NCBI GenBank assembly: GCA_964016885.1
Contig: OZ024748.1
Coordinates: forward strand, 20,088,001 to 20,152,000
Direction: 5' to 3'
Source: Eledone cirrhosa
Lineage: Eukaryota
Length of the DNA stretch: 64,000 bases
Shown: positions 24,856 to 38,614 of the stretch, piece by piece
Position numbering within the stretch: position 1 is the first letter of the stretch
Layout: each line of letters starts with the position of its first letter
Made by a program: the position numbers and the translations under genes
Notes under the pieces: generated by a model
Seen by the model: the letters and a program-made list of their open reading frames with translations, nothing else
Database searches by the model: none
What the model was told of the DNA's origin: nothing

Positions 24856-25649
24856 TTATTGCAAGATGTTCAACAGTAATTTAATAATGAGATGATGTGT
24901 TGCCAATGACACCTTCACTGAGAAAAGAAAACATTAGAAAGAAAGAAAGAAAGAAAGAAAGAAAAGAAAGAAGGAAAGAAAGATAGAAGAAAAGGATAAA
25001 AGTAAAAAAAAAAAAAAAGAGAGAAAGGAAAGAAAAAGAAGAAAAAAAGAAAAAGAAAAAGAAAAAGAAAAAAGAGAGAGATGGAAGGAAAGAAATACTA
25101 AAGGAATAAAAGAAGAAAGAAAAAGAGAGAAGAAGGGAGAGAAAGAAAGAAAAAAGAGAAGGAACAAAAGAAGGAAACAAAGAAAGAGAAAGAAAAGAGG
25201 TGTGTATCCAAATTGTCATTTTATTTATTTATCAATTTTCTTCTCTGTACTCCACCCCCATACACCCCCACCCGACCTCACCCACCCGGGGATTCAGTTA
25301 GTTGTAATTGTCAAAAGAACAGCAGCAAACATTTCTTTCTGGCTAATTAAAGCAATATGTGTCTAATAGCGCTTACTAAACCTTTTTATCTTCTGTAACA
25401 CTAACAACAATAACAACAGTAACAACATTAATAATAACAACACCAAGATCGCCACCACTAAAACAACAACCAACAACAACAACATCAATAACAATAACAA
25501 CACCACTGGTAAAACTACCAACAACACCACTAAAACAACCACCGACAATACTAAGATTGCCACTATTAAAACAACCACCACAACCATCAACACCAATAGT
25601 ATCATTACCTACAACACCACTAGCATTACCAACAACACCAATAATACAA

Positions 25650-26625
25650 ATAGCACCAACACCACCAACACCAACACCACCAACACCACCAACACCACCA
25701 ACAAAACCACCAGAATCACCAGCAACACCAACACCAACACCACCAACACCACCAAAACCACCAGAATCACCAGCACCACCAACACCAACACCAACACCAC
25801 CAACACCACCAAAACCACCAGAATCACCAGCACCACCAACACCAACACCAACACCACCAACAAAACCACCAGAATCACCAGAATCACCAGCACCACCAAC
25901 ACCAACACCAACACCACCAACAAAACCACCAGAATCACCAGCACCACCAACACCAACACCACCAACAAAACCACCAGAATCACCAGAATCACCAGCACCA
26001 CCAACACCAACACCAACACCACCAACAAAACCACCAGAATCACCAGCACCACCAACACCAGCACCAACACCACCAACACCACCAAAACCACCAGAATCAC
26101 CAGCACCACCAACACCAACACCAACACCACCAACACCACCAAAACCACCAGAATCACCAGCACCACCAACACCAACACCAACACCACCAACAAAACCACC
26201 AGAATCACCAGAATCACCAGCACCACCAACACCACCAACAAAACCACCAGAATCACCAGCACCACCAACACCAACACCAACACCACCAACACCACCAACA
26301 CCACCAGAATCACCAGCACCACCAACAAAACCACCAGAATCACCAGCACCACCAACACCAGCACCACCAACACCACCAAAACCACCAGAATCACCAGCAA
26401 CACCAACACCAACACCACCAACACCACCAAAACCACCAGAATCACCAGCACCACCAACACCAGCACCAACACCACCAACACCACCAAAACCACCAGAATC
26501 ACCAGCAACACCAACACCAACACCACCAACACCACCAAAACCACCAGAATCACCAGCACCACCGACACCAACACCAACAAAACCACCAGAATCACCAGCA
26601 CCACCAACACCACCACCAAAAGATC
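25650..26625. repeat. (CCA)-derived minisatellite with aaaaccaccagaatcaccagca motif
   Basis: Direct inspection; source of the Pro-rich 357-aa ORF. Confidence 0.9.
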
Positions 26626-26889
26626 CCTAGCAATACCTCCATCACCATTATCTCCACCACCACCACCACCACCACCACCACCACCAACACCATCACCATC
26701 ACCAACAACAACACTACCAATGACACCACTTCCTTGCTGCAGCTATAGTTTATTTTACTATTATTTCTATTACTATTATTAATATCACTACTACTATTAA
26801 GTATTTCTATTACTACAATTAGTATTATTAATACTATTGTTTCTTTTTGTCACACTCTGTTTTTGGTTTTTTTTACACGCAGAAATGCC

Positions 26890-26957
26890 CATTTGTATTG
26901 TCCTGTGTTGTCCTTAATGTTATACTTTATGTCAACCCTTGTGGTTAATAAAGAAAG
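26890..26957 (+). mobile_element. Short Tx1-type 3' end
   Basis: ttgtattgtcc...cccttgtggttaataaagaaa. Confidence 0.6.
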
Positions 26958-27159
26958 CACTATTAGTACTGCTACTTCTATTAGTATTATTACAATTGTT
27001 ATTATTTGTTTTACTATTGTTATTTACATCATGGCTATTATTACCATTTTAGTGCCAGCCCTAACAAATAAAAAGTCTTGTAATATGTGAAATACAACAT
27101 ATTTTGGGTCAATATAGAGAATGGGTGGGTGGGAAGAAGAAGAAGAAGGAGAAGAAGAA

Positions 27160-27194
<35 letters not shown>

Positions 27195-27249
27195 AGAAGA
27201 AGAAGAAGAAAAAGAAGGAGAAGTAGAAGAAGAGGAAGAAGAAGAAGAT

Positions 27250-27293
<44 letters not shown>

Positions 27294-27497
27294 AGAGGAA
27301 GAAGAAGAGGAAGAGGAAGAAGTAGAAGAAGAAGAAGAAGAGGAAGGTGTAGGTGGAGGATTAATCAGTGAACATCTGGTTTGAGAGAGGAAAAAACCTG
27401 TATATACATTTACTGTTACACAGTAATTGTTTCTGGATATATATATGTATATACATGTATGTATGTGTGTATATATGGATGTATATATATATATGTA

Positions 27498-27537
<40 letters not shown>

Positions 27538-27989
27538 TATGTGCGTGTGTATATATATATATATATATACACACACACATATATAGGTGTGTGTGTGTGT
27601 GTGAGCGAGTATGTATGTATGTGTACATGTTTCTATGTGAATATATATATATATATATATACAAACACAAACACAAACACATATATCATCATCATCATTT
27701 AATGTCCATTTATAAATACACACCTATATATGAATATAAGCATTAGTGTCCTTGGACATATGTGTTTGTGAGTGTGTGAGAGGGAGAGCTAGAGAGAGAG
27801 AGAGGGAGGCAAAATGTGTGTGAGAGAGAGAATGTGGACATGTGTGTGCAGTATTTAAAATAAATTGGTTGCGTTAAAAAGTAAACAGTTTTTAATTCTA
27901 ACCAAATGTTACAACAATATTCATCTCCATTATTTAAAAATTTCATTTTTTAAATTTCAAGTCAGAAAAAAAAAAACCAATAATAAAAC

Positions 27990-28024
<35 letters not shown>

Positions 28025-28109
28025 TTTCTTTATTTATTTATTCATTATTTATTTGATAATAATAAAAAAAATTAATAATAATTGCAATCAACTTTTTTTT
28101 TTATTAAAT

Positions 28110-28980
28110 AATGGTTTCTGATTTAGGATCAAGGCCAGCAGTTTTGGGGAAGAGAAAGTCGATTAGATCGACCCAAGTGTGTAACTGGTACTTTATGTTA
28201 TCGACCCCGTAAGGATGAAAGGTAAAGCTAACTTTGGTGGGATTTGAAATCAGAACATTAAAGTCCCATAACTCTATGCCATCAAACATGTTGTCCGGCA
28301 CTCTACCAATTCTGCCTAATAATAATGTTTTTCTTTATTGACCACAAGGGCCTACATATAGCGGACAATACAAAAAAGCAGGGACAGTGGGGGGGTTTAC
28401 AAAAAACAAAACGAATAAAAAAAATAATAAATAATAATAATTGTTTCTACTTTAGGCACAAGGCCAGCAATTACCCAGTTCATTACTGGTACTTTATTTT
28501 ATCGACCCCGTAAGGATGAAAGGCAAAGTTAACCTCGGCGGGATTTGAACTCAGATCGTAAAGGGACGTAACTATGCTGGAAAGCATGGCGTCCGACCCT
28601 CTACCGATACTGCCAATCCACTGCCTAATAATAATTTTTTTCTTTATTGACCACAAGGGCCTACATATAGCGGACAATACAAAAAAAGCAGGGACAGTGG
28701 GGGGGGGGGGGGTTTACAAAAAACAAAACGAATAAAAAAAATAATAAATAATAATAATGATTTCTACTATGGGCACAAGGTCAGTAATTTTTTTTTTTTG
28801 GGGGGGGGGGGAGTCGATTAAATCGACCCCAGTACGTTACTGATACTTTATTTTATCGACCCCCGTGAGAATGAAAGGCAAATCTAACCTCGGTGGGATT
28901 TGAACTCAGAATGTAAAGGACCGTAACTCTTTGCTACAAAGCATGGTATCTGACCCTCTTCCGATACTTTCAATCTCCAC
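28110..28980 (-). mobile_element. Alternating family A SINEs and Tx1-type 3' ends (SINE 28110-28317, Tx1 28328-28420, SINE 28438-28626, Tx1 28637-28740, SINE 28760-28980)
   Basis: tttctttattgaccacaagggcctacatatagcggacaatac occurs twice; all elements on the same strand. Confidence 0.85.
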
Positions 28981-29199
28981 CACCCCAATAATAAGAATAC
29001 TAGTAATAATAATAACGTTTGTTGTCATAATGCTAACACTGGTTAAGTATAAGACCATATGTAAACCATCAAGGTTGTGAAAAATGAAATTTTACTACAA
29101 GTCACTTTAAATTCTTTTTAATTTTAATTAAATGTTGGTGTAGAATTGATAATAGGAAACTAAATGGTTCAAGAACTGCAGGAATTAACAGGGTTTTTT

Positions 29200-30120
29200 T
29201 CTGTGAATGTGTGTGTGTGTATCTGTGTTTGTGTGTGTGTGTGCGTGTGTATGTGTACGTGTGTGTGTATGTGAATGTGTGTGTAGTGAGTGTATGTGAA
29301 TGTGTGTGTGAGTGAGTGAGTGTGTATCTGAATGTGTTTGTGTGAATGGGTGTGAGTGAGTAATGTATGTGAATGTGTATGAGTTTGTGTGTGGATGTGT
29401 GTGTGTGTGTGTGAGTGTGTATGTGTGTGTGTGTGTGTGTGTGTATGTGAATATGTGTGAGTGTGTGTGTGGGTGTGAATGTATGTGTGAGTGTGTGTAT
29501 GAATGTGTGTGAGTGTGTGTATGTATGAGTGAGAACGTATGTATATATGTGTGTGAGTGATGGATGTACGTATGTGAACGTGTGTGTGTGTGTAGGTGTG
29601 AATGTATGTGTGAGTGAGTGTGTATGTGAGTGTGTGTGAGTATGTATATGTGTGTGTATTTGAGTGTATAGGCATGTGTGTAATGTATGTGAATGTGTAT
29701 GAGTTTGTGTGTGGATGTGTGTGTGTGTGAGTGAGTGTGTATGTGTGTGTGTGTGTGTGTGGATGTGTGTATGTATGTGAATGTGTGTGTGTGTGTGTGT
29801 GTGTGGGTGTGAATGTATGTGTGAGTGTGTGTATGTGTGTGTATATGTTTGCATGTGAATGTGTATGAGTGAGTATGTGAATGTGTACGAGTGCGTATGT
29901 GAATGTGTACGAGTGCGTATGTGAATGTGTGTGAGTGTGTGTACGTATGAGTGAGAACGTATGTATATATGTGTGTGTGGAATGATGGATGTACGTATGT
30001 GAACGTGTGTGTGTGTAGGTGTGAATGTATGTGTGAGTGTGTATGTATATGTGTGTATGTGAGTGTGTGTGAGTATGTATATGTGTGTGTATTTGAGTGT
30101 ATAGGCATGTGTGTATGCAT
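29200..30120. repeat. Compound (GT)n array with internal long duplications
   Basis: Direct inspection. Confidence 0.9.
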
Positions 30121-30315
30121 GTAAATTTAGTTGACAGTTTTTTTTCACTTTAACACCACCACTATGATTGTTGTTGTTGTTGTTGTCATTGGCAGAGAAC
30201 ACAATCTGGATCAACCTGTCACATTGTTGATGCTCTTCAAAAAGACATGAATATCACCACTTCCTAGTTTCTAACCCAGACTTCCTGTCTGCATAATAGA
30301 CAGCCATTATTACTA

Positions 30316-31440
30316 GTGAATTGGCAGTATCGGTAGAGGGTCGGACGCCATGCTTTCCAGCATAGAGTTACGGCCCTTGCCATTCTGAGTTCAAATCCCG
30401 CCGAGGTTGACTTTGCCTTTCATCCTTACGGGGTCGATAAAATAAAGTACCAGTAATGCACTGGGTAATTGCTGGCCTTGTGCCTAAAGTAGAAACAATT
30501 ATTACTAGTGTGGTGAATTGGCAGTATCGGTAGAGGGTCGGACGCCATGCTTTGACGCATAGAGTTACGGCGCTTGCCATTCTGAGTTCAAATCCCACCG
30601 AGGTTAGCTTTGCCTTTCATCCTTATGGAGTTGATAAAATAAAGTACCAGTAATACACTGGAGTTGATTTAATTGACTTTCCTCACCCACAAAATTGTTG
30701 GCCTTGTGCCTAAAGCAGAAACAATTATTACTATTATTATTGTTAGTAGTTTGGCTGTATCGGTAGAGCGTCAGACACCATGCTTAGCAGCATAGAGTTA
30801 TGACCCTTTACGTTCTGGGTTCAAATCCCACGAAGGTTAACTTTGCCTTTCATCTTTACAAGGTCAATAAAATAAAGCACCAGTAATGCACTTGGGCAAT
30901 TGCTGGCCTTGTGCCATCCTCTTCATCATCATCATCATCATCGTTTAATGTCTATCTTCCAAGCTAGCATGGGTTAGATGGTCAAAAGTAGAAACATTAT
31001 TATTATTGTTGTTGTCGTTATTGGCAGTATCGGTAGAGTGTCGCGCAACCGGCTTTGTAGCATAGAGTTAGATCCCTTTACATTCTGAGTTAAAATCCTG
31101 GCAAGGTTAGCTTTGCCTTTCATCCTTACAGGGTCGATAAAATAAAGTACCTGTAATACACTGGGGGTTGATTTAATCAACTTTCCTTTCTCCAAAAGTT
31201 GTTGGCATTGTGCCTAAATCAGAAACCATTGTTATTATTATTGTTAGGGCGATGTATTGGCAGAATCGGTAGAGCATCAGACATCAAGCTTTGCAGCATA
31301 GAGTTACGTCCCTTTACGTTCTAAGTTCAAATCCCACGAAGGTTAACTTTGCCTTTCCTCCTTACGGGGGTCGATAAAATAAAGTACCAGTAATACACTG
31401 GGATAATTGCTGGCCTTGTGCCAAAAGTAGAAACAATTAT
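30316..31440 (+). mobile_element. Head-to-tail array of five family A SINEs; RTE tail inserted (-) at about 30916-30982
   Basis: Heads at about 30316, 30510, 30750, 31020, 31247. Confidence 0.9.
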
Positions 31441-31934
31441 TATTATTTCCTTTTTACCCCTCCCTCTCACTTTCTGAGATCAAATCATGCCGAGATCAAC
31501 TTTGACTTTCATCTCACTCAAAGCCACTACCACTGCCGCCAACGCCGCAACCACGACTACCACCACCACCACCACCACCACCACCATTGACACCAGCAAC
31601 AACAGTGCTCACACCACTACCACCATCACAACCATCATCACCACCACTATCACCATCAGGATCACCACCACCTCCAATACCATCACCACAACCACCGACA
31701 CCATCACCACCATTCCACCACCACCATTCCACCAACACCACACCACCAACGCCATCACCCCACCCCCACCTCCACCACACCACCACCACTGCCACCATTC
31801 TCATAATTCCAGTTTTTTCTATCAATATTATATTTCACTCCAATAATCCCCATCTTGCAATTACCATTGACATAGTTTGAAAATATTATTTTCTTGAAAT
31901 CAAATATTTTTAAGTCTGTTATAAAGATTATCTG

Positions 31935-33185
31935 ACATGTCATGCAGTCCTAAGGGGAGCGGAGCTGGTTATATAGGGTTACAAGGTCTCACTGTGTTAT
32001 GTCATAGTGACACACTGTGTCATGCTGTGACATGTCTTAGTGTCACACTGTTACATGTCATACAGTACTAGGGGGGCTAAGCTGGTTATATACGGTTACA
32101 ATGTCATTCTGTCACACTATGACATGTCATACCATGTCACATTGTGACATGTCATAATGTGTCACATTGTGACATGTCATACTGTGTGACACTGTGACAT
32201 GTCATACACAATGGGGGTAAGCTGGCTATATAGGTTACAATGTCATAGTGTCACACTGTGACATGTCACAGTACCAGTGGCTGAGCAGGTAATATATGGT
32301 TACAATGTCACACTGTGACATGTCACAGTACCAGGGGCTGAGCTGGTTATATATGGTTACATATGGTTGTAATGTCACGCTGCTTTGACACACTGTTACA
32401 CATTACTAGGAGCTGAGCTGAACGCTATAGTTTTACTGTCACACTGCTATGTTACAATATGTCATACCGTACTATGGGTTGAGCTGACTGGTTAAGTACA
32501 GATGGTTTCAATGTCACACTTTGTCACACAGTGTATAAAGTACTGGGAGCTGAGCAGACTGGTTACAAATGCATTGTTTTAATGTCACACTTTGTCACAC
32601 TGTATAGTACTGAAAGCTTATCAGACTGGTTATATTTGGTGTTAATGTCACACAGTCATGTCACACAGTGGCCCACTGTCACACTGTGTCATACAGTACT
32701 GGGAGCTGGGCTGACTAGTCACATTTGGTGTTAAATGTCACACTACTGTGTCACTAAGTGACCCACTGTCACATGTCATACAGTACTGGGAATTGAGCTG
32801 ACTGGTTATATTTGGTGTTAATATCAACAGCTGTGTCACATTGTACAGTCACAATGTCACAACCTTCCATGTCACAAAGTATTGGGAGCTGTATTCCAGT
32901 GTCACAATGTATCAAACTACCACAGTCACATCTCTGTAACACCATCACAGTTTCACACCAACATATTTCCAGACTGTCACTTTGACACACTGTTACACTG
33001 TCATATAACTACACTGTTACACTGCCACATAACTACACTGCTACACTGTCACATCTCCACATTGTCACATTACCATACTGTTACATAACTACACTGCTAC
33101 ACTGTCACATTACCACACTAAACATAATTACACTGTTACACTGTCACATAACTACACTGCTACACTCTCACATATCCACATTGTC
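31935..33185. repeat. Degenerate TGTCACA/TGTGACA-rich satellite
   Basis: Dense tgtcacactgtgacatgtca motifs with recurrent gctgagctggttata. Confidence 0.85.
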
Positions 33186-33379
33186 ATGTACACTTACACA
33201 CAAAGAGGTACCCTTTCACATACACATCATTACACACACATATACATCCACAAGTGTACTCATACACATATGCACACACACACACACACTGACACATACA
33301 GCGACACACATGCACACAGAGGCAGTGACACATACAGACACACCTACACACAGGCAGTGACACATACACAGACACACGT

Positions 33380-33960
33380 ACCCACACACACACACACTCA
33401 CAGACATACAAAGACACACGTACACACAGAGGCACCTACACACGTACCAACACACACACACAGACATACAAAGACACACATACACACAGAGGCACCTACA
33501 CACGTACCCACACACATACAAAGACACACGTACATACAGAGGCACCTACACGTACCCACACACACACAGACATACAAAGACACACGTACACACAGAGGCA
33601 CCTACACGTACCCACACACACAGACATACAAAGACACACGTACACACAGAGGCACCTACACACACACAGACATACAAAGACACACGTACACACAGAGGCA
33701 CCTACACACGTACCCACACACACACACACACAGACATACAAAGACACACGTACACACAGAGGCACCTACACACGTACACACACATACAGACATACAAAGA
33801 CACACGTACACACAGAGGCACCTACACACGTACCCACACACACACACACACAGACATACAAAGACACCTACACACGTACACACAGAGGCACCTACACACG
33901 TACCCACACACAGACATGCAAATACACACATACACACAGAAGCACCTACACACGCACCAC
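33380..33960. repeat. About 55-65-bp minisatellite with variable (CA)n
   Basis: cagacatacaaagacacacgtacacacagaggcacctaca repeated about 10 times. Confidence 0.9.
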
Positions 33961-35067
33961 ACACACACACAGACACATATACACTTCCATCTCACTCTGG
34001 GGTTTTAAAAAAAATATTAAATAATTAAACAAAACGATTATAAAGAAAATAAACTACATTTTGAAAGCGTAATTAAAAGGTTAGGGAAAAGATGGAGTCT
34101 AGGGGGAGGTGTGGTGATGGTGGTGGTGGTGTTGGTGTTGGTAGTGGTAGTGGTGGTGGTGATGGTGATGGTGGTTATGGTGGTGGTGGTGGTTGTGGTA
34201 GTGGGGGTGATAGTGATGTTGTTGGTGGCAGTGATGGTGGTGCTGGTGGTGTTGATGTTAGTAGTGGTGGTGTTGTTGGTAGTGGTGATAGTGGGGGCGG
34301 CAATGGTGCAGGCGTGGTTTATGGTGGTGGTGGAGGTCATCTGTAGTGGTGGTTTTGATGCTAGTGGTTGTGGTGGCGGTAGTAATAGTGGTGATGTGTG
34401 GTGGTGGTGGTGGTGGTGTAGTTGTGATGTTAGTGGTGTTGTTGGTTTTGTTGTTGTTGTTGTTGTTGCTGGTGGCATGTAGTAGTAGTGGTTTTCTTGT
34501 TGTTGTTGTTGTTGTTGGTGGTGGTGGTGATAGTCGTGTGTTGTGGTGGTGTGTAGTAGTGGTGGTGTATGTAGGCGGTATGAGGGTAAGTAGGGGTGTG
34601 TTAGCGGTGGCGTTGACGTAGCTCGGTAAAGGAACGGAAGACAATTTAGTAACAACAACAGTAACAACAACAGTAACAACAACAGTAACAACAACAGTAA
34701 CAACAACAGTAACAACAACAGTAACAACAGTAACAACAACAGTAACAACAACAGTAACAACAACAGTAACAACAGTAACAACAACAGTAACAACAACAGT
34801 AACAACAACAGTAGTAACAACAACAACAGTAACAACAGTAACAACACTCAGTACCATTAGAAGTAAGAAATGAAATGAGATGACAATTAAAAGACTATTT
34901 ATTTATTTGCTCCAAAACATTTGTTGTCGATTTTTTTTTGCTGATTATTTTCTAAGTTTTGTTTTTGTCCCTATTTCAGCGTTTCATCAAAACATCATCA
35001 ATAAATATGATGCAACATTTTCACTATCTTCCCATCATCTATTTCTCATATATTTCCTTCAGTTTCA

Positions 35068-36060
35068 AACACCATGCTTTGCAGCATAGAGTTACGGCCC
35101 TTTATGTTTTTCCATAGCTTTTCCATTCATCCTTACGGGGTTGATAAAATAAAGTACCAGTAATGTACTGGGGTCGATTTAATTGATGTTCCCCTCCTTC
35201 AAAATTGCTGGCCTTGTGCTTAAAGTAGAAATTGGCAGTATCGGTAGAGGGTCGGACGCCATGCTTTCCAGCATAGTTACGTCCTTTTACGGTCTGAGTT
35301 CAAATCCCGCCAAGGATAACTTTACCTTTCATCATTACGGGGTCGATAAAATAAAGTACCAGTAATGCACTGGATAATTGCTGGCCTTGTGCCTAAAGTC
35401 GAAACAATTATTGTGGTGGATTGGCAGTATCGGTAGAGCGTTGGACGTCATGTTTTCCAACACTGAGTTACGTCCCTTTATGATCTGAGTTCAAATCCCA
35501 CCGAGGTTAACTTTGTCGTTCATCCTTACAGGGTCGATAAAATAAAGAACCAGTAATACACTGGGGTAATTGCTGGCCTTGTGCCCAAAGTAGAAACAAT
35601 TATTATTAATAGAGCGGTGGATTGGCAGTATGGGTAGAGAATCGGACACCATGCTTTGCAGCATAGAGTTATGGCCCTTTATGTTCTGAGTTCAAATCCC
35701 GCCGAGGTTAGCTTTTCCTTTCATCCTTACATGGTTGATAAAATAAAGTATTAGTAATGCACTAGAGTCGATTTAATCAACTTTCCCCAACCCCTAAAAT
35801 TATTATTATTGGAAAGGGAGTGGAGAGGGAGAGCTGAATACCTAAGGTGATTTGGAAGTAATCGGTAGAGCATCAGACAACAAGCTTTTCAGTATATAGC
35901 TACGTCCGTTTATGTTATGTGTTCAAATCTCACTGAGGTTAACTTTGCCTTTCATCCTTATGGGGTCAATAAAATAAAGTACTTGTAATGCACTGGGGTC
36001 AATTCAATTGACTTCCCAATACCCTTAAAATTCTTTACACTGCCTAAATCAGAAACCATT
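35068..36060 (+). mobile_element. Head-to-tail array of five family A SINEs
   Basis: Copies begin at about 35068 (partial), 35231, 35413, 35612, 35846. Confidence 0.9.
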
Positions 36061-36300
36061 ATTATTAAGTTTCATTTGGAAAGAAAGGTGTGCGTGGAGA
36101 GAGAGAGAGAGTCAGGATGGAGAGCGAACGAAAGTTGGATACCTAAGGCCATTTGAGGAACCCCACAAATCCACAACCACCCTGACCACTAAGGGCAACT
36201 GCCCTCTCCCAACTGTCGTTGTTTGACCTACAGGCACAAGCTGAAAGTAGAGACATTCACTCCTGATATTTTCACTACATTCACCCACCTGTTGGTAAAT

Positions 36301-36630
36301 TTACTCAAACAAAGCTCCACTCATAAGATTGAGTGAAGTGACTTACTCAAACTAAGCTCCACTCATAAAACAGAGTGAAGTTACTTACTCAAACAAAGCT
36401 CCACTCATAAGACAGAGTGAAGTGAGTTACTCAAACAAAGCTCCACTCATATGATGAAGTGAGGTGACTTACTCAAACAAAGCTCCATTCATATGTTAGA
36501 GTGTACTAACTTACTCAAACAAAGCTCCACTCATATGTTGGAGCGCAGTGATTTACTCAAACAAAGCTTCACTCGTATGTTAGTGTAGTGACTTACTCAA
36601 ACAAAGTTCCACTTGTATGTTGGAGTATAG
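36301..36630. repeat. 42-bp tandem repeat x8
   Basis: ttactcaaacaaagctccactcat units at 36301, 36343, 36385, 36427, 36469, 36511, 36553, 36593. Confidence 0.95.
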
Positions 36631-36874
36631 GTTATGTAAAATGGTTGACATTAGAAACAGAAGCCAAACTAAAAATAGAAGAAAACGTTTATACTGTCAA
36701 GGTTTTTAAGTTCATATGGAAATATATATTATGTGTTATGTGTGTACACACATATATATAGATATATGCATACATACATATATATATATATGTGTATGTA
36801 TATAAATATATATATATATAACGTATATATATATATATATATATATACATATATCATATATATATATATATATA

Positions 36875-37128
36875 TGATGGCTGCAAACTCTGCCAAGAGT
36901 ATAGCAATCGCTTGTCAGATTCAGATGTGTGACGCTCGGGTATGGCTTTTGAAGCCTGCTAGAGACTTGCACTCCTTCACACACTGACGACAACTATGGA
37001 TCTCCCTGGCTGGAGGTCCTGCATCAGGTTGCTCGTGAACCCTCACAACACCGTGGAGATCATAGTTCACTGGTTCTCTTTGAACATGGTTGCGACTGTG
37101 GCTCCTGAGACCAAATTTGCTCAACCAA
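36875..37128 (-). mobile_element. 3' end of an RTE-clade LINE with C-terminal C2H2 zinc fingers
   Basis: LSKFGLRSHSRNH...CRQCVKECKSLAGFKSHTRASH* followed by a short 3' UTR ending cagccatc in (TA)n; RTE ORFs often end in CxxC...GLxSHxRxH. Confidence 0.75.
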
Positions 37129-37170
37129 ATTTTTATATGTATACATATATACATATATACATTTACATAT

Positions 37171-37463
37171 ATCATCATCATACATCCGCCTCTCCCTGCT
37201 TGCAAGGGTGGGAGGGGGACGGGAACTGATTTGGGCTTGATTTCTACAGCTGGATGCCCTTCCTAACACCAACCTCATTTACAGTGAGTGCTGGGTGCTT
37301 TTTTGCCGTGGCACCTCCACGACCACTTTGCAGTTGAGTAAACTGGAACAATGTGAAAGAAAGTGTCTTGCTCAAGGAAACAACACATCACCCTGTCTGA
37401 GAATTGAACTCACAACCTTTCGATTGCAAGGCCAATGCTCTAACCACTAAGCCATGTGCCTCC
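37171..37463 (-). mobile_element. CORE-type SINE (family B) with RTE tail
   Basis: Head nearly identical to 12126-12260; (ATC)n at 37171. Confidence 0.85.
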
Positions 37464-37525
37464 ATATATATATGTATATATACATACATATATGTATATA
37501 TACATACATATATGTATATATATAT

Positions 37526-37601
<76 letters not shown>

Positions 37602-38140
37602 AATGTATATATTATATATATATATGTAGCTAAAACATTACTTTGTTTTGTTTTATGTCTTCCTTTGCCCTTTATATATCTCTACCACATTTTACCGGCT
37701 TTTTGAAACTTAGTCATTTATTACACACACATATATACTACATTACAGATATCCTGGGACACACACACACACACACACACAAACACACACAAACACGCAC
37801 ACACACACACATATATATTTATATATATCTATATCTATATATATATATAGATATATATACAAATGGAAGTACAGCATATTCGAAGCTCAAGCCGCAGCTA
37901 AGCCAACAAATGCCTTCAGCAGTGCAGCCAAGCACTCAACAAGGTATAAACCCCAGAGTAATAACATACAGTTTAAAGGGATTTGCAAACTGTAGATAGT
38001 GACTGGTAATTCAGCCGCGGGGTCTGTAGCAATGAAAGAAGTGACTCGCGAGAAAACATACATACACTGTATATACATGTATATACATATATATATACAT
38101 ATATATATATCTACATATATATATAAATATATATATATAC

Positions 38141-38258
<118 letters not shown>

Positions 38259-38289
38259 TTATGTATATATATATATATATATATATATT

Positions 38290-38326
<37 letters not shown>

Positions 38327-38375
38327 GTATATATATATATATATAAATATATTTATATATATATATATATTTATG

Positions 38376-38468
<93 letters not shown>

Positions 38469-38559
38469 TTATGTATATTTATGTATATATATATTTATGT
38501 ATATATATATATATATAAATATATTTATATATATATATATATATTTATGTATATATATT

Positions 38560-38614
<55 letters not shown>

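Noticed and set aside
25557-26630. 357-aa Pro-rich extensin-like ORF
   Set aside because: Made of CCA-based triplet repeats that lack stops, starts at TTG, has no unique domain or evident splice sites, and the antisense frame is equally open
36301-36630. CRISPR array
   Set aside because: Eukaryotic context, spacers only about 16 nt and homologous to each other, no cas genes
36921-37205. Host C2H2 zinc-finger gene
   Set aside because: No TGEKP linkers, the 5' part is microsatellite and SINE, and the ending matches an RTE LINE 3' end
38000-38052. Twister or HDV-like ribozyme
   Set aside because: Could not build the required pseudoknots by eye
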